A DNA stretch of 64,000 nt, from assembly GCA_046482545.1 (NCBI GenBank), contig JAWOEX010000039.1, positions 136,898 through 200,897 of the forward strand, written 5' to 3'. Source of the DNA: Candidatus Thorarchaeota archaeon. GTDB taxonomy: Archaea > Asgardarchaeota > Thorarchaeia > Thorarchaeales > Thorarchaeaceae. Every line of letters begins with the position of its first letter. Position 1 is the first letter of the stretch. Below, piece by piece: positions 29,186 through 39,898 of the stretch. A program made the position numbers and the translations under genes. The notes under the pieces were generated by a model that saw only the letters and a program-made list of their open reading frames with translations, searched no databases and was not told where the DNA came from.

Positions 29186-31939
29186 CTATGGCTGCGGCTC
29201 ACCACGCTTCTCTCTAATAGCCGCTTGAGCGGCCGCCAATCTCGCAATAGGCAACCGATATGGCGAACAGGATACGTAATCCAAACCGATTTCATGGAAG
29301 AAACCAATTGAACGGGCATCCCCCGCATGTTCTCCGCAGACCCCCAGTTTGATATTGGGTCTTGTCTGCCTCGCGCGATGTATTGCAATTTCCATGAGCC
29401 CACCGATACCCCTCTTGTCGATACTCTGGAACGGATCGTTGATAAGGATGCCGTCCTCCAAGTAACCGGGCAGGAAGGAATCTATGTCATCTCTGCTGAA
29501 ACCGAAGCCCATCTGAGTGAGGTCATTGGTTCCAAAGGAGAAGAACTCCGCAACTTTAGCCATATCCCTACCACGCATACAAGCACGTGGAATCTCAATC
29601 ATGGTTCCGAGGGCGACATCAATATCAATACCCAGTTCTTCGATTACCTTCTTGTATTGTTTCTTAACTATTCCATTCATAGTACGAAGCTCAGAGTACC
29701 CGGCAATCACGGGTATCATGATTTCAAGAGAGACATCCTTGCCCTCCTTTTTCAATTCAGCCACAGCTTCAATTATGGCACTGACCTGCATCTCAGGTAT
29801 TTCGGGATACGTTATTCCCAGTCGTACACCTCGATGTCCCATCATGGGGTTGTTCTCACGCAATTCATTTGCTCTGCGCCTGACATCTGTAACATCAATT
29901 CCCAAAGCGTTTGCAAGCTTTTCTTGACCAATTTTACTCTGAGGGACGAATTCGTGAAGCGGAGGATCCAGCAATCGAATTGTTACAGGTTTGTCCTCCA
30001 TAACGGCAAGTGTAGCCTTGATGCTATCTTTTACATACGGTTTCAGCTCTTCTAACGCTTCAATGCGCTTTTCTTCGGTATCACTCAGGATCATCTTTCT
30101 GAGTAGCAGTAACGGTTCATCAGAGCCTTCACCGTAAAACATGTGTTCAGTTCTGAGCAGACCAATACCCTCCGCACCGAATTCCAGTGCTTGCTGAGCA
30201 TCTTCAGGGGTGTCCGCATTTGCACGCACACCCAGAATGCGGTACTGGTCTACTGCATCCATAAACTCCAGAAGGCGAGGATTGCTCGTGGAGTCCCTCA
30301 TAGGAAGCTCTCCCTCGTAAACCAAACCCTTTGTACCATTGAGTGTCAAAACATCGCCTTCCTTGTAGACTTTGCCCTCAACAGTCATCTGCTTGTCAAT
30401 AGCATCAATTTCCAGTGCAGCAGCGCCAACGATACAACATTTGCCCCAACCACGAGTCACAAGGGCTGCGTGGCTGGTCATTCCACCTCGTGCAGTCAAT
30501 GTGGCAACGGATGCTCTCATGCCTTCAACATCCTCGGGGCTGGTTTCTTCTCTAACTAAAATCACGTCCTTGCCCCTATCAGCCCACTCTACGGCGTCAT
30601 CAGATGTAAAGACAATGTGTCCAGACGCGCCTCCGGGCCCAGCAGGCAAACCCTTGGCTATTGGTTCAATCTCTTCCTCTGCATCAGGGTCAATGACGGG
30701 ATAGAGAAGCTGACCTAGCTGCTCTGGCTTCAAGCGTAAAACCATGGTTTCTTCATCAATGAGATTCTCTTCCACCATGTCCATGGCCATGTTAAGAGCC
30801 GCCGTTGCAGTTCTTTTGCCGACCCTGTACTGAACAATGTAGAGTTTGCCCTCTTGAATTGTGAACTCCAAATCTACCATATCATGGCTATGCCGCTCAA
30901 GGGTTCTACGGATTTCACAAAGTTCCTCGTAGATTTCAGGCATTTTGGACTCCAGACTTTCCAGTTCACGGTTCTGTTCGTTCTTGCTTTCCTCATTAAG
31001 GGGATTAGGTGTCCTAATTCCAGCTACAACATCTTCTCCTTGGGCATTGAAGAGAACCTCTCCATAGAATTCGTTCTCTCCAGTTGCGGGGTTTCTTGTG
31101 AATGCGACTCCCGTTGCTGAATCCGGACCCATATTGCCGTAGACCATGCTCTGTACGGTAACCGCTGTTCCCCAATGGTCTGGAATCCCTTCGATTCTCC
31201 TGTAAGACACAGAACGGGGGTTGTTCCAGCTCTTAAAAACAGCCGCAATGGCCCCCCACAGCTGTTCCATGGGGTCATCGGGAAATTCTCTACCCAGAAC
31301 CTCTTTGATTCTAACCTTGAAATCCTCACATAATTCTTTGAGATCCTCAGCAGTAAAATCAGTATCATCTATGTATCTTTTCTCTATTCGTCTCTTCCTC
31401 ATCAGTCGTTCAAGCTGAACACGAATACCCTGACCTTCTTCGGAAACAATACCCTCAGCCATTTCCATCACAACATCAGCGTACATCGTTATCAGGCGTC
31501 TGTAAGTGTCATATACGAAACGCGGGTTACCCGTTTGTTTGATAAGACCAGGAATAGTCTCTGTGGTCAGGCCTACGTTCAACACCGTGTCCATCATGCC
31601 CGGCATAGATTGCCTAGCGCCAGACCGCGCAGAAACCAGCAACGGATTGTCCGGATCGCCAAACTTGGCATCCATGATTTCTTCAACCCAGTGTAGGGCC
31701 TCCAGAGCCTGTTCTTTCATTTCATCTGGAAGACCACCTATCTCGAAGTAATAATTACAAACTTTAGTCGGAATCGTAAAACCTGGGGGGACAGGTAGGT
31801 TTAGTCTGGTCATGCCAGCCATGCTAGCACCCTTGCCTCCAAGCTCGTTTCTCATCTCTTCGTTACCATCTGCTTGCCCCGCACCAAATTTGTACACAAG
31901 TTTCTCGTCAGGGCCGATATGATTCGAATTGTTAGCCAT
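29186..31939 (-). CDS. ppdK: Pyruvate, phosphate dikinase
   Basis: LGGKGA, SMPGMMDT, NAQGEDVVAG, GGMTSHAA, RTEHMF, NPMMGHRG, FGTNDLTQ, CGEH. Confidence 0.97.
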   Translation of the reverse strand: MANNSNHIGPDEKLVYKFGAGQADGNEEMRNELGGKGASMAGMTRLNLPVPPGFTIPTKVCNYYFEIGGLPDEMKEQALEALHWVEEIMDAKFGDPDNPLLVSARSGARQSMPGMMDTVLNVGLTTETIPGLIKQTGNPRFVYDTYRRLITMYADVVMEMAEGIVSEEGQGIRVQLERLMRKRRIEKRYIDDTDFTAEDLKELCEDFKVRIKEVLGREFPDDPMEQLWGAIAAVFKSWNNPRSVSYRRIEGIPDHWGTAVTVQSMVYGNMGPDSATGVAFTRNPATGENEFYGEVLFNAQGEDVVAGIRTPNPLNEESKNEQNRELESLESKMPEIYEELCEIRRTLERHSHDMVDLEFTIQEGKLYIVQYRVGKRTATAALNMAMDMVEENLIDEETMVLRLKPEQLGQLLYPVIDPDAEEEIEPIAKGLPAGPGGASGHIVFTSDDAVEWADRGKDVILVREETSPEDVEGMRASVATLTARGGMTSHAALVTRGWGKCCIVGAAALEIDAIDKQMTVEGKVYKEGDVLTLNGTKGLVYEGELPMRDSTSNPRLLEFMDAVDQYRILGVRANADTPEDAQQALEFGAEGIGLLRTEHMFYGEGSDEPLLLLRKMILSDTEEKRIEALEELKPYVKDSIKATLAVMEDKPVTIRLLDPPLHEFVPQSKIGQEKLANALGIDVTDVRRRANELRENNPMMGHRGVRLGITYPEIPEMQVSAIIEAVAELKKEGKDVSLEIMIPVIAGYSELRTMNGIVKKQYKKVIEELGIDIDVALGTMIEIPRACMRGRDMAKVAEFFSFGTNDLTQMGFGFSRDDIDSFLPGYLEDGILINDPFQSIDKRGIGGLMEIAIHRARQTRPNIKLGVCGEHAGDARSIGFFHEIGLDYVSCSPYRLPIARLAAAQAAIREKRGEPQP

Positions 31940-32336
31940 TGTTCTTCAACCTCTTGCTACTTCTTGGACATACATTCCTACTAGCCGTGCAACTATGGTA
32001 TATGCAGCAGATTATCGCTATGCTGCCGTAAAATCTCAAGCTGCACTATTATAGTTATCAATACGTTTTCTTAGCGTACTCGCGTCTTATCGCCTTTTAA
32101 TTTCTCGGAATAGTCATTGTCGCAATGTTCTATAGAATCATATCATTGCTTAACGGAATTAGAAACAAGTGCGGCAAGTTTTGCAAGGGCATTTCGATTA
32201 TACCCTCTACTCGTTTCAGGTCTTGATTGGAAAGGTGACGTGAAAGAGATGCAAATCAAAGCCTTTTTGTGAGGGCGTCCCAGTCAAACAATGACGCGGT
32301 CGCAGATATAAAGAACAACCCTGGGAGACTGGGAAC

Positions 32337-33806
32337 ATGATAGATTTAGAAATCAACCAAGAGCAGCTGAAACGAACGGTAGAACGGTGCAGAGAAAGAG
32401 ACATTATCATTCCTACATTCGAACAGATGAAACATCCCGAGAGAGTCCCTGACCAGGTGGAGGAGCAATTGAAAGAAACAGAGCTTTGGGAAGTGGCCCC
32501 TCAAAACCTTTTTCGAATCACTTGGAAGAATGAACCAGTTGATAAGGGGGGACTATACAAACCGATAGCAAACTACATCGAACTCCCTCCTGAGCTAACT
32601 GGGGTTAAAGCTAGAATCATAGCTTTGATTGGAAAGTGGTTTCCAACAGGCTCACACAAAGTTGGCGCAACATTCGGATGCCTCGTACCACCACTCGTAA
32701 CTGGCCAATTTGATCCAACATATCATAAAGCGGTCTGGCCGAGTACTGGAAACTATTGCCGGGGCGGGGCATACGATGCCGCTCTGCTTGCATGCAAGAG
32801 TGTAGCGATATTGCCAGAAGAGATGTCGCAGGAGCGGTTCGACTGGCTCAAAACCGTAGCCGGTGAGATCGTCAAGACGCCGGGTGGAGAAAGCAATGTC
32901 TTCGAAATATACGAAGCTGTCAATGAAATGAAAGCCGAACGCGACGACGTTTTCGTATTCAACCAATTCTCAGAATTCGGGAATTACGCGTTTCATGCAT
33001 CTGTTACTTCCTCTGCAATGGAAGAAGTCCTTGAGAAGGAAATGGGAAATGACCGATACCATGGGCTCTGCTTGACTACAGGGTCAGCAGGTACTATCGC
33101 TTGCGGCGATTCTCTGAAAGAAGTTTATCCAACATCGAAAATCGTAGCCGGCGAAGCGCTTCAATGTCCTACATTACTGTTGAATGGCTACGGATATCAC
33201 CGTATCGAAGGAATCGGGGACAAACATGTACCTTGGATCCACAACGTTCGCAACACAGATATGGTCATAGGTATCGATGATAGAGACACCATGCGTTTGA
33301 TTAGACTCTTCAACGAACCCGCAGGGCAGAAGTATCTGAAGAATGAAATTGGCGTGCCTGATGAATTCGTAGATAAATTGAATCTCTTAGGCATATCGAG
33401 TATAGCAAACGTCCTCATGGCAATCAAATACGCGAAGTACTACGAGCTCACCAGTGACGACATTGTCATGACCGTCTTCACAGACTCTATGGATTTATAC
33501 CAATCCCGATTGAGGGAAGCGCGTCAGAAACATGGAAAATACACGAAAGAGGACGCCATACGGGACTATCATCAATGTATCCTTGGACAGAAAATAGATG
33601 CGATGCAAGAGCTTACGTTCTATGAAAGAAAAAGAATCCATCACCTGAAGTACTTCACCTGGATCGAGCAGCAGGGCTTTCCGTTGGATAAACTGAATGC
33701 ACAGTGGTATGACTACGATGAATACTGGCCTGCTATCCGGAAGATGGTTGACCCAATCGATGATTTGATTCGCAAATTCAATGAGAAAGTTGGACTACTA
33801 GAATAG
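32337..33806 (+). CDS. PLP-dependent enzyme, fold type II (cysteine synthase-like)
   Basis: FPTGSHKVG (PLP lysine), PSTGN, GSAGT, HRIEGIG. Confidence 0.8.
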   Translation: MIDLEINQEQLKRTVERCRERDIIIPTFEQMKHPERVPDQVEEQLKETELWEVAPQNLFRITWKNEPVDKGGLYKPIANYIELPPELTGVKARIIALIGKWFPTGSHKVGATFGCLVPPLVTGQFDPTYHKAVWPSTGNYCRGGAYDAALLACKSVAILPEEMSQERFDWLKTVAGEIVKTPGGESNVFEIYEAVNEMKAERDDVFVFNQFSEFGNYAFHASVTSSAMEEVLEKEMGNDRYHGLCLTTGSAGTIACGDSLKEVYPTSKIVAGEALQCPTLLLNGYGYHRIEGIGDKHVPWIHNVRNTDMVIGIDDRDTMRLIRLFNEPAGQKYLKNEIGVPDEFVDKLNLLGISSIANVLMAIKYAKYYELTSDDIVMTVFTDSMDLYQSRLREARQKHGKYTKEDAIRDYHQCILGQKIDAMQELTFYERKRIHHLKYFTWIEQQGFPLDKLNAQWYDYDEYWPAIRKMVDPIDDLIRKFNEKVGLLE

Positions 33807-34165
33807 TCCATCTCGCGTGGGTTAGGGCACCAAAGATAATGTGAAGTCAATTCTCTCTCTTCACAGGCCCTACAGCTCAAGCAATTGGATGGTTCGATGC
33901 AGGGAACTGTAAGGAGAGAAAGCTTAATCCTAGGAATAGTAGCTGTAGCCTATACCATACTGTAGCTGGCTGTATTGCCTTTCGTCTTCTATAGCCCACC
34001 TCAAACTGTAGATGCTGACGCCCTAACGGTCCACCGAATCTGTAAGCTCCGAATCATTTCAGTTAACAGCATGAGTACAATATTTCTTCACACTTTAAAA
34101 CAGACCTTACCATGATGTAATGATAATAATTATAAGTTGTTCAAAAACAAAACCGAATCAGATGA

Positions 34166-35536
34166 ATGAAATTTATGGTATTATCGAAGTATAAGATTAT
34201 AGTCGGTTGTATTCTACTGACAGTTCTTCTTGCAGTACCGTTGGCAAACAATCCACATGCTCCCGGTGAGAATCCTTCCCGGGCTGCATCTGCTGATGTT
34301 ACCACTCTCTGGTCCTTTGAAACCGGCGATGATGTCGATTCTTCACCGGCTCTCGGTGATTTAGATGGTGATGGTGATCTGGATGTGGTTGTGGGAAGTA
34401 ATGACCGCAACATCTACGCGCTGGATGGCACTTCCGGTACCGAGCTCTGGTCCTATAGGACTGGTGCCCCTGTGTTTTCCTCACCTGCACTTGGTGATTT
34501 AGATGGTGATGGCGACCTCGATGTGGCTGTAGGAGCCCTCGAGGCCAAGATTTACGCACTCGATGGCAGCTCCGGCAACGAGCTCTGGTCCTTTACGACT
34601 GGCGACGAAGTCGTCTCCTCACCGGCTCTCGGTGACCTAGATGGTGATGGCGGCCTCGATGTAGCTGTAGGAAGCTACGATGGCAAGATTTATGCACTCG
34701 ATGGCACTTCCGGTACCGAGCTTTGGTCCTTTACGACTGGTGACACTGTCTTCTCCTCACCGGCTCTCGGTGACCTAGATGGTGATGGCGGCCTCGATGT
34801 GGTAGTGGGAAGTTTCGACAATAACACCTACGCACTCGATGGCACTTCCGGTACCGAGCTTTGGTCCTTTGAGACTGGCGACGAAATCTTCTCCTCGCCG
34901 GCTCTCGGTGATTTAGATGGTGACGGTAGTCTCGATGTAGCCATAGGAAGCTACGATGGCAAGATTTATGCACTCGATGGCAGCTCCGGCAGCGAGCTTT
35001 GGTCCTTCCAAACGGGCCTTGCTGTCACATCCTCACCAGCAATTGGTGATTTAGATGGTGATGGTAATTTGGATGTGGTTGTGGGAGATGTATATGGTAC
35101 GGTCGATGCTCTAGACGGTAGCTCCGGCACACAGCTCTGGTCCTTTCAGACGGGGGATAATATCATCTGTTCTACGCTGGCAATCGCTGATATGGACGGT
35201 GATGATGGCATGGATGTGGTGGTAGGAAGCAGAGATCACAATGTCTACGCGCTGGATGGTTCTTCCGGTACCGAGCTCTGGTCCTTTACGACTGGCGGAG
35301 ACTTGGTTTCCTCACCAGCAATCGCTGATTTGGATGGCGATGGTACCTTAGATGTCGTCGTTGGTAGTGGGGATGATAAGGTCTATGCGTTAACCATGAC
35401 TCCTTCAACGACCACTACTGAGTCGACTACAGAAACCACGGAGGCAGAGGGAATTGATCCGGTGCTACTCGTTGCGGGAGTTGGTGCTGCGGTTGGAGTA
35501 ATAATAGTCATTGCCATTGTCTATTTCAAGAAGTAA
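34166..35536 (+). CDS. Membrane-anchored FG-GAP/PQQ-like beta-propeller surface protein
   Basis: Signal peptide; 8 repeats of 46 aa (LWSF.TG..V.SSPALGDLDGDG.LDV.VGS.D...YALDG.SG.E); Thr-rich stalk; C-terminal TM ending in KK. Confidence 0.88.
   Translation: MKFMVLSKYKIIVGCILLTVLLAVPLANNPHAPGENPSRAASADVTTLWSFETGDDVDSSPALGDLDGDGDLDVVVGSNDRNIYALDGTSGTELWSYRTGAPVFSSPALGDLDGDGDLDVAVGALEAKIYALDGSSGNELWSFTTGDEVVSSPALGDLDGDGGLDVAVGSYDGKIYALDGTSGTELWSFTTGDTVFSSPALGDLDGDGGLDVVVGSFDNNTYALDGTSGTELWSFETGDEIFSSPALGDLDGDGSLDVAIGSYDGKIYALDGSSGSELWSFQTGLAVTSSPAIGDLDGDGNLDVVVGDVYGTVDALDGSSGTQLWSFQTGDNIICSTLAIADMDGDDGMDVVVGSRDHNVYALDGSSGTELWSFTTGGDLVSSPAIADLDGDGTLDVVVGSGDDKVYALTMTPSTTTTESTTETTEAEGIDPVLLVAGVGAAVGVIIVIAIVYFKK
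34307..35392 (+). repeat. Intragenic tandem repeat, 8 units of about 138 bp
   Basis: Near-identical units such as GAGCTCTGGTCCTTT and CCGGCTCTCGGTGAYYTAGATGGTGATGG recur every 138 bp. Confidence 0.92.
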
Positions 35537-35626
35537 GCCGTGCGGAGAAGCAGACCGAATGCATGACTCGGGCGTACCTAGGGCGAATGTGCAAATCGCA
35601 TTTCGCTATGAGGAATAAGTAAATCG

Positions 35627-35674
35627 GAAGGGATGTAGCTAGAGTCCCTTCTCCTTTCTCTTTCTTTTTTTCTT
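35627..35674 (+). terminator. Putative terminator (hairpin plus pyrimidine/T tract) after the FG-GAP gene
   Basis: GAAGGGA (35627-35633)/TCCCTTC (35645-35651) stem followed by TCCTTTCTCTTTCTTTTTTTCTT. Confidence 0.5.
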
Positions 35675-35830
35675 GAACGCAAATTGGACACTGACTACAG
35701 TCGCTAGAACCTGTTGAATCTGATTGCTGTATCTAAATGAGGTATTTCAGGTGATGCCGTTAGCTTATTGAAATACTCCAATAAATCAGCCCGATCCATA
35801 GCAAAAGGTAAGGGTGGACAAGTGATAATA

Positions 35831-37621
35831 TCAAGACTGTTGAACCCATATAGGACCAGTTGCCGTAAATCGGCCATTGTTTGTAACTATTCTCACGAAG
35901 TAATAGTCAACCCCAGCTGTGTATAATGAATCAGGATCTACAGGTTCTAACGACTCCCCGTTGATGTACCACTCGCCATCTCTTATGGTGCAGTTTTCGT
36001 ATGCCGTTCCCGCGATTGCCGTCGTATCATTGAAACCAATGGAGGCAATAGGTGTGGAAATCTCCTGCTCTCTCCAAAGCATACCATTCTTGAATACCTC
36101 TACTTTCGCACTCCAATCCGGTTCTTCAAGCCAAGGTGTGGCAGCCCGTTTGTAGCCGGCTGACGGGTTCCCATCTTGAGCTATGAATATTGTCACTTTC
36201 CTCTTTGCAGTCTCATTATCCACAATCAAAACCGAATCATTCTCTCCAGGATAAAGTCCGTTAATTGAGAAGCTGAGATAAGGCCGGCCATAGTCAGAAT
36301 TGGCAATAGTAGCTCTGTCGTAGATGGCATCGAAAATAGATTGTCGGGTGATATTCCCAGCAAAAACACCTGTCAGGCCGCTTGGATAGGGTTGTGGAAC
36401 CCTTGATGAATCATACGCTGGAGGATACTGATGTCCGATAAATGCGCGCGTGTGAGAGAGAGAATGACCAAGGAATCCATCATGAGAATCTCCATTCGCT
36501 ATGAATCCCAAGCGCAGGCCCATCGTGAGAGCTTCATTGATGCTGCTTCCGGGAATCTTTTCTTCCGGTTGTCCCACAGTCCCGGTTGCATTCCACGGAG
36601 AATATGGATTCACCAAGCTGCTACCGTGGACCGAATATGCCTCGGCTATCCGCATGTACTCTGGATGGTTCAAGCACGCGGCCCAATCTTGAATAAAGGG
36701 TTGGCGCACGCAGTGATGTGGCTGTGCAATAGCTCGTTCGCCAGTTTCACTCGTAAACTGATCCAGATAGTTCCATAACTCGTCAGATGTTTTCTGAATG
36801 TCAGCACTGATACGCCCTACTTCATCGCCCGAAAAGATGAATGTAAGATGGCCATAGCCCCACGAGGGAGTGTGGGGACCTCCACTGGAGGTCCATTCCA
36901 CGCCCTGAAAAGCGACAAATTCTCCGGGGTCATTTGCAGCATTGGTTGCCGCTTGAATCCAGGACCAACCATTATCGAGATGTAGGTTTTCCCCGTGATC
37001 TGTAACAGCAGCGAATTCTAATCCAGCTACGACTCTAGCAAAATAGTGATTTTCGTACGGCATTCCGCTTCCGTCTGACAAGAGCGAGTGGGAGTGGATA
37101 TCACCCCAGACAAGTGACTTGGTGGCCTCTTCCACAACAATGGGATTACTCCAGTATGTCTTCTCTGTTGCTGTGTCATGGACTAGGATATAATGCACGC
37201 CCGCAGTCATTATCCGGAAATCGAATCTACGCATGCCATTATCCATGCCGGGTAGCATATAGGCAGGTATGACACCCTGTCCCAAAAGATGACCAGTGAA
37301 GCGGTGAGAATGTGGCAAGTGGCTGGTAACGTCTTCCTGAGGCAGAAGCTTGAGGGTATCCATGCTGTATGATTTGAGAGAGAATTCCACCCTGCCGTTG
37401 TATGAACAGCTGAGCCGTTCAAAACTATCCCACGCCTCGACAACTAGTTCTCCTTCTTCTCCAGGTTCAAGGGTTGAGGGAGCATGGACCCAAAGCATAG
37501 TGGTGTCATTGTTTGTAATAACTCCAATATCTATGTTGATGACTCCCCATACAAGCAAAGGAGCAATCGTGATAGATATCTTCAGAACTGTTGAGGCCTT
37601 GATGTTCTTAGTTCTAATCAT
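35831..37621 (-). CDS. DUF3604/PHP-like metallohydrolase domain membrane protein (probably the 3' part of a longer gene)
   Basis: WGDIHSHS..SDG, AVTDH, G.EW, GFIANGDSH, YYFVRI; in frame with the upstream ORF across one TAG. Confidence 0.75.
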   Translation of the reverse strand: MIRTKNIKASTVLKISITIAPLLVWGVINIDIGVITNNDTTMLWVHAPSTLEPGEEGELVVEAWDSFERLSCSYNGRVEFSLKSYSMDTLKLLPQEDVTSHLPHSHRFTGHLLGQGVIPAYMLPGMDNGMRRFDFRIMTAGVHYILVHDTATEKTYWSNPIVVEEATKSLVWGDIHSHSLLSDGSGMPYENHYFARVVAGLEFAAVTDHGENLHLDNGWSWIQAATNAANDPGEFVAFQGVEWTSSGGPHTPSWGYGHLTFIFSGDEVGRISADIQKTSDELWNYLDQFTSETGERAIAQPHHCVRQPFIQDWAACLNHPEYMRIAEAYSVHGSSLVNPYSPWNATGTVGQPEEKIPGSSINEALTMGLRLGFIANGDSHDGFLGHSLSHTRAFIGHQYPPAYDSSRVPQPYPSGLTGVFAGNITRQSIFDAIYDRATIANSDYGRPYLSFSINGLYPGENDSVLIVDNETAKRKVTIFIAQDGNPSAGYKRAATPWLEEPDWSAKVEVFKNGMLWREQEISTPIASIGFNDTTAIAGTAYENCTIRDGEWYINGESLEPVDPDSLYTAGVDYYFVRIVTNNGRFTATGPIWVQQS

Positions 37622-37627
37622 GGCAGC

Positions 37628-38172
37628 CTACCTCCAGAAGGATAGATACACGAAAATCTGTACAAGCAAAGTCCAAGCGATTGAAACGACGCCCATAATC
37701 TCCCACGCTTTATTCCGTCCGAACCACAAAAGAAGGATTCCACACAGGAATGCCAACATGTTCCAGAAATACAGCGAGCTGCCAATAATCCCCATCAGAA
37801 AGACAGACAAACGAAGCAGATGACCGGCGACAGATATTGGTCCTGTTCCGATTTTGTCATTGCTGTTGTTAGCGATAGTAAGAAGAATCCAAGAACTAGA
37901 CAACGCAAACAGACCAGAAATGGCCACTATAGCGCACTGAAGAGCTCTTACTGGTACGGCCGCTAGAGGAAGAATCCAAATGTAAACCTGTATTCCTCCG
38001 TAGACGAAAAATGAAACGGGCACGAGAACAGCTGCGGAAATCGAAACGAATGCAAGAGCGCGACCAAGACCCTGCCAAGAAAACTCTAGGTTCAAATCCA
38101 ACGCCCAACATACACTATCCACATGGGGAGATATTAGAATATCGAAGACAAGACAACACTAACAAATTGCAT
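37628..38172 (-). pseudogene. Multi-TM N-terminal region of the DUF3604 gene, interrupted
   Basis: ...LSFWR-TAG-AA-MIRTK.. is in the same frame as 35831-37621; the 5' end reads MQFVSVVLSSIF*YLPMWIVYVGRW and then shifts frame. Confidence 0.5.
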
Positions 38173-38181
38173 CTTCCAACT

Positions 38182-39621
38182 TCACTTTGTCTCTCTTTGT
38201 CGCCTAGTTTCGTAGTAGTCGCATACCCGGGCCAAAGAGCCAATGCATTCCGACATATTGTGGAATATCGGCAAATCCCGCGCCTTGATGGCTTCCCACG
38301 CGATATTACGAGCTTCTGGATAGGCTATGTCTGGAATTGCCGCAAGAACAGGTTTGTTGTGTCTGTCAACAATACTTCTGGCTCCTTCTGCAAGAGAGTC
38401 CCAGTAATAGCCGATAGCGTCCTCGGCGCCCATGATTGAAGCAATCTGGTGAATATTATGAGCATCAGCCTCTATGATAATAGAATCAAAATTCTCTTCG
38501 TCACCTACAATCCTGATAACCTCTGAGACAGTCTGATCCATATAGTAGTCTGCTGCTAGGTCTATGGGATTCTTGAGGGATGTTCCAACATCCTGAATGA
38601 GAGGATTTAGGCGTTCACGAATCTCTGGACTCGTTTCTGGCACTTTGAGTCCAGCTTCAATGCACAAATCAGTATAGATAACGCTCGTTCCGCCGCTAAT
38701 TGCCACAATGCCAACATTTCTGGATTCTGGCTCAGGACACATAGAAAAAACACTCAAGGTTCCAACAAGGTCCTCTATAGTATTAACAGACACTACATTG
38801 GCCTGACGAAGCGCTGCTTTCCAAATCTCCAAGTTGCCTGCAAGGGCACCTGTATGCGAAGCAGCAACTCTCGAACCTTCTGTTGAGCGGCCTCCTTTCA
38901 AAGCTACAATAGGCTTCTCTAAAGCAGTTTCTCGAAGATGACCTACAAGTTCTCGTCCGTCATTAGCTCCTTCTATGTAGATACCCAAAACATTCGTTTC
39001 ATCATCATCTGCAAAGTAATTCACAATTTCGGGGGGCTTGATATCAACGGCATTTCCAAAACTGAACAGCTTGCTAAAGCCCAACCCCGAAGCGGTTCCT
39101 GCTGTGTATGCAGCTATCGCTACACCTCCTGATTGTGAAACAAATCCTACATCACCTTCGACGCGTGGTACCGTTGGAACGAAAGCAAATCCCAACTGGG
39201 GATACATCAATCCCATACAGTTGGGGCCAAGGATTCTCAGGCCGATATTGTTAACGACCTCTCGCAATTCTTCTTCGTTTTGTCTTCCTTCCGCCGTACC
39301 CAGTTCCGAATAACCACTTGAAAACACAGTCGCTGCTTTTGCCCCTTTCGCAGCTGCTTCTTTCAGTACACTGATCACCGCTCTCTGAGGTACCGCCACA
39401 ATGACATAATCAACATTACTGGGGACCTCAGTCAGGCTCGGATAAATAGGTCGACCCATTACCTCTCCGCCCGATCGGGACACAAAGAATATCTCAAGGT
39501 CATGTTCCCATTGTGTCATTGTATGCACCCAGTAATAGCCCATCCGAGGAGAAACTCCCACAATAGCAACAGAATCAATCTCTAGAACTTCCGAAATGCT
39601 TGGTCTATTCTGGGCATTCAT
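38182..39621 (-). CDS. Acyl-CoA synthetase (NDP-forming) alpha-subunit / CoA-binding protein
   Basis: VAIVGVS, GPNCMG, SQSGG, GNAVD, LKGGRS..G...AASHTGALAG, NPIDL. Confidence 0.88.
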   Translation of the reverse strand: MNAQNRPSISEVLEIDSVAIVGVSPRMGYYWVHTMTQWEHDLEIFFVSRSGGEVMGRPIYPSLTEVPSNVDYVIVAVPQRAVISVLKEAAAKGAKAATVFSSGYSELGTAEGRQNEEELREVVNNIGLRILGPNCMGLMYPQLGFAFVPTVPRVEGDVGFVSQSGGVAIAAYTAGTASGLGFSKLFSFGNAVDIKPPEIVNYFADDDETNVLGIYIEGANDGRELVGHLRETALEKPIVALKGGRSTEGSRVAASHTGALAGNLEIWKAALRQANVVSVNTIEDLVGTLSVFSMCPEPESRNVGIVAISGGTSVIYTDLCIEAGLKVPETSPEIRERLNPLIQDVGTSLKNPIDLAADYYMDQTVSEVIRIVGDEENFDSIIIEADAHNIHQIASIMGAEDAIGYYWDSLAEGARSIVDRHNKPVLAAIPDIAYPEARNIAWEAIKARDLPIFHNMSECIGSLARVCDYYETRRQRETK

Positions 39622-39898
39622 TAGGTACAATCTCCCGACTTTCAGGGAGTCAATGACGTTCACGATTTAAGACTAGTGGCTATGGCGTAAATTCTGTAAA
39701 CCAATTACAGACAGGTTCTTATTTCATCAGGGGATGCATAATCAAACCAATAGGTTTTTCCTAATAACGGCGTTGACCTAACGAAAGACCTTAATGGTAA
39801 GGCAATTCAATCGAATTAGTCTTGGTTAGCTAGGCCGCCATTTTTAGGATGGGAGCCCCGTTGGACCAGTACAGATGATATGATAAGGAGAAAAAATA

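Noticed and set aside
29327-30704. Long antisense ORFs within ppdK (and similarly within copA, the PRTase and the giant genes)
   Set aside because: Shadow ORFs opposite well-supported genes, with no recognisable motifs.
34307-35392. CRISPR array or DGR template/variable repeats
   Set aside because: Repeats are 138-bp in-frame coding units with no unique spacers, differences are not adenine-specific, and no cas or reverse transcriptase gene is in the window.
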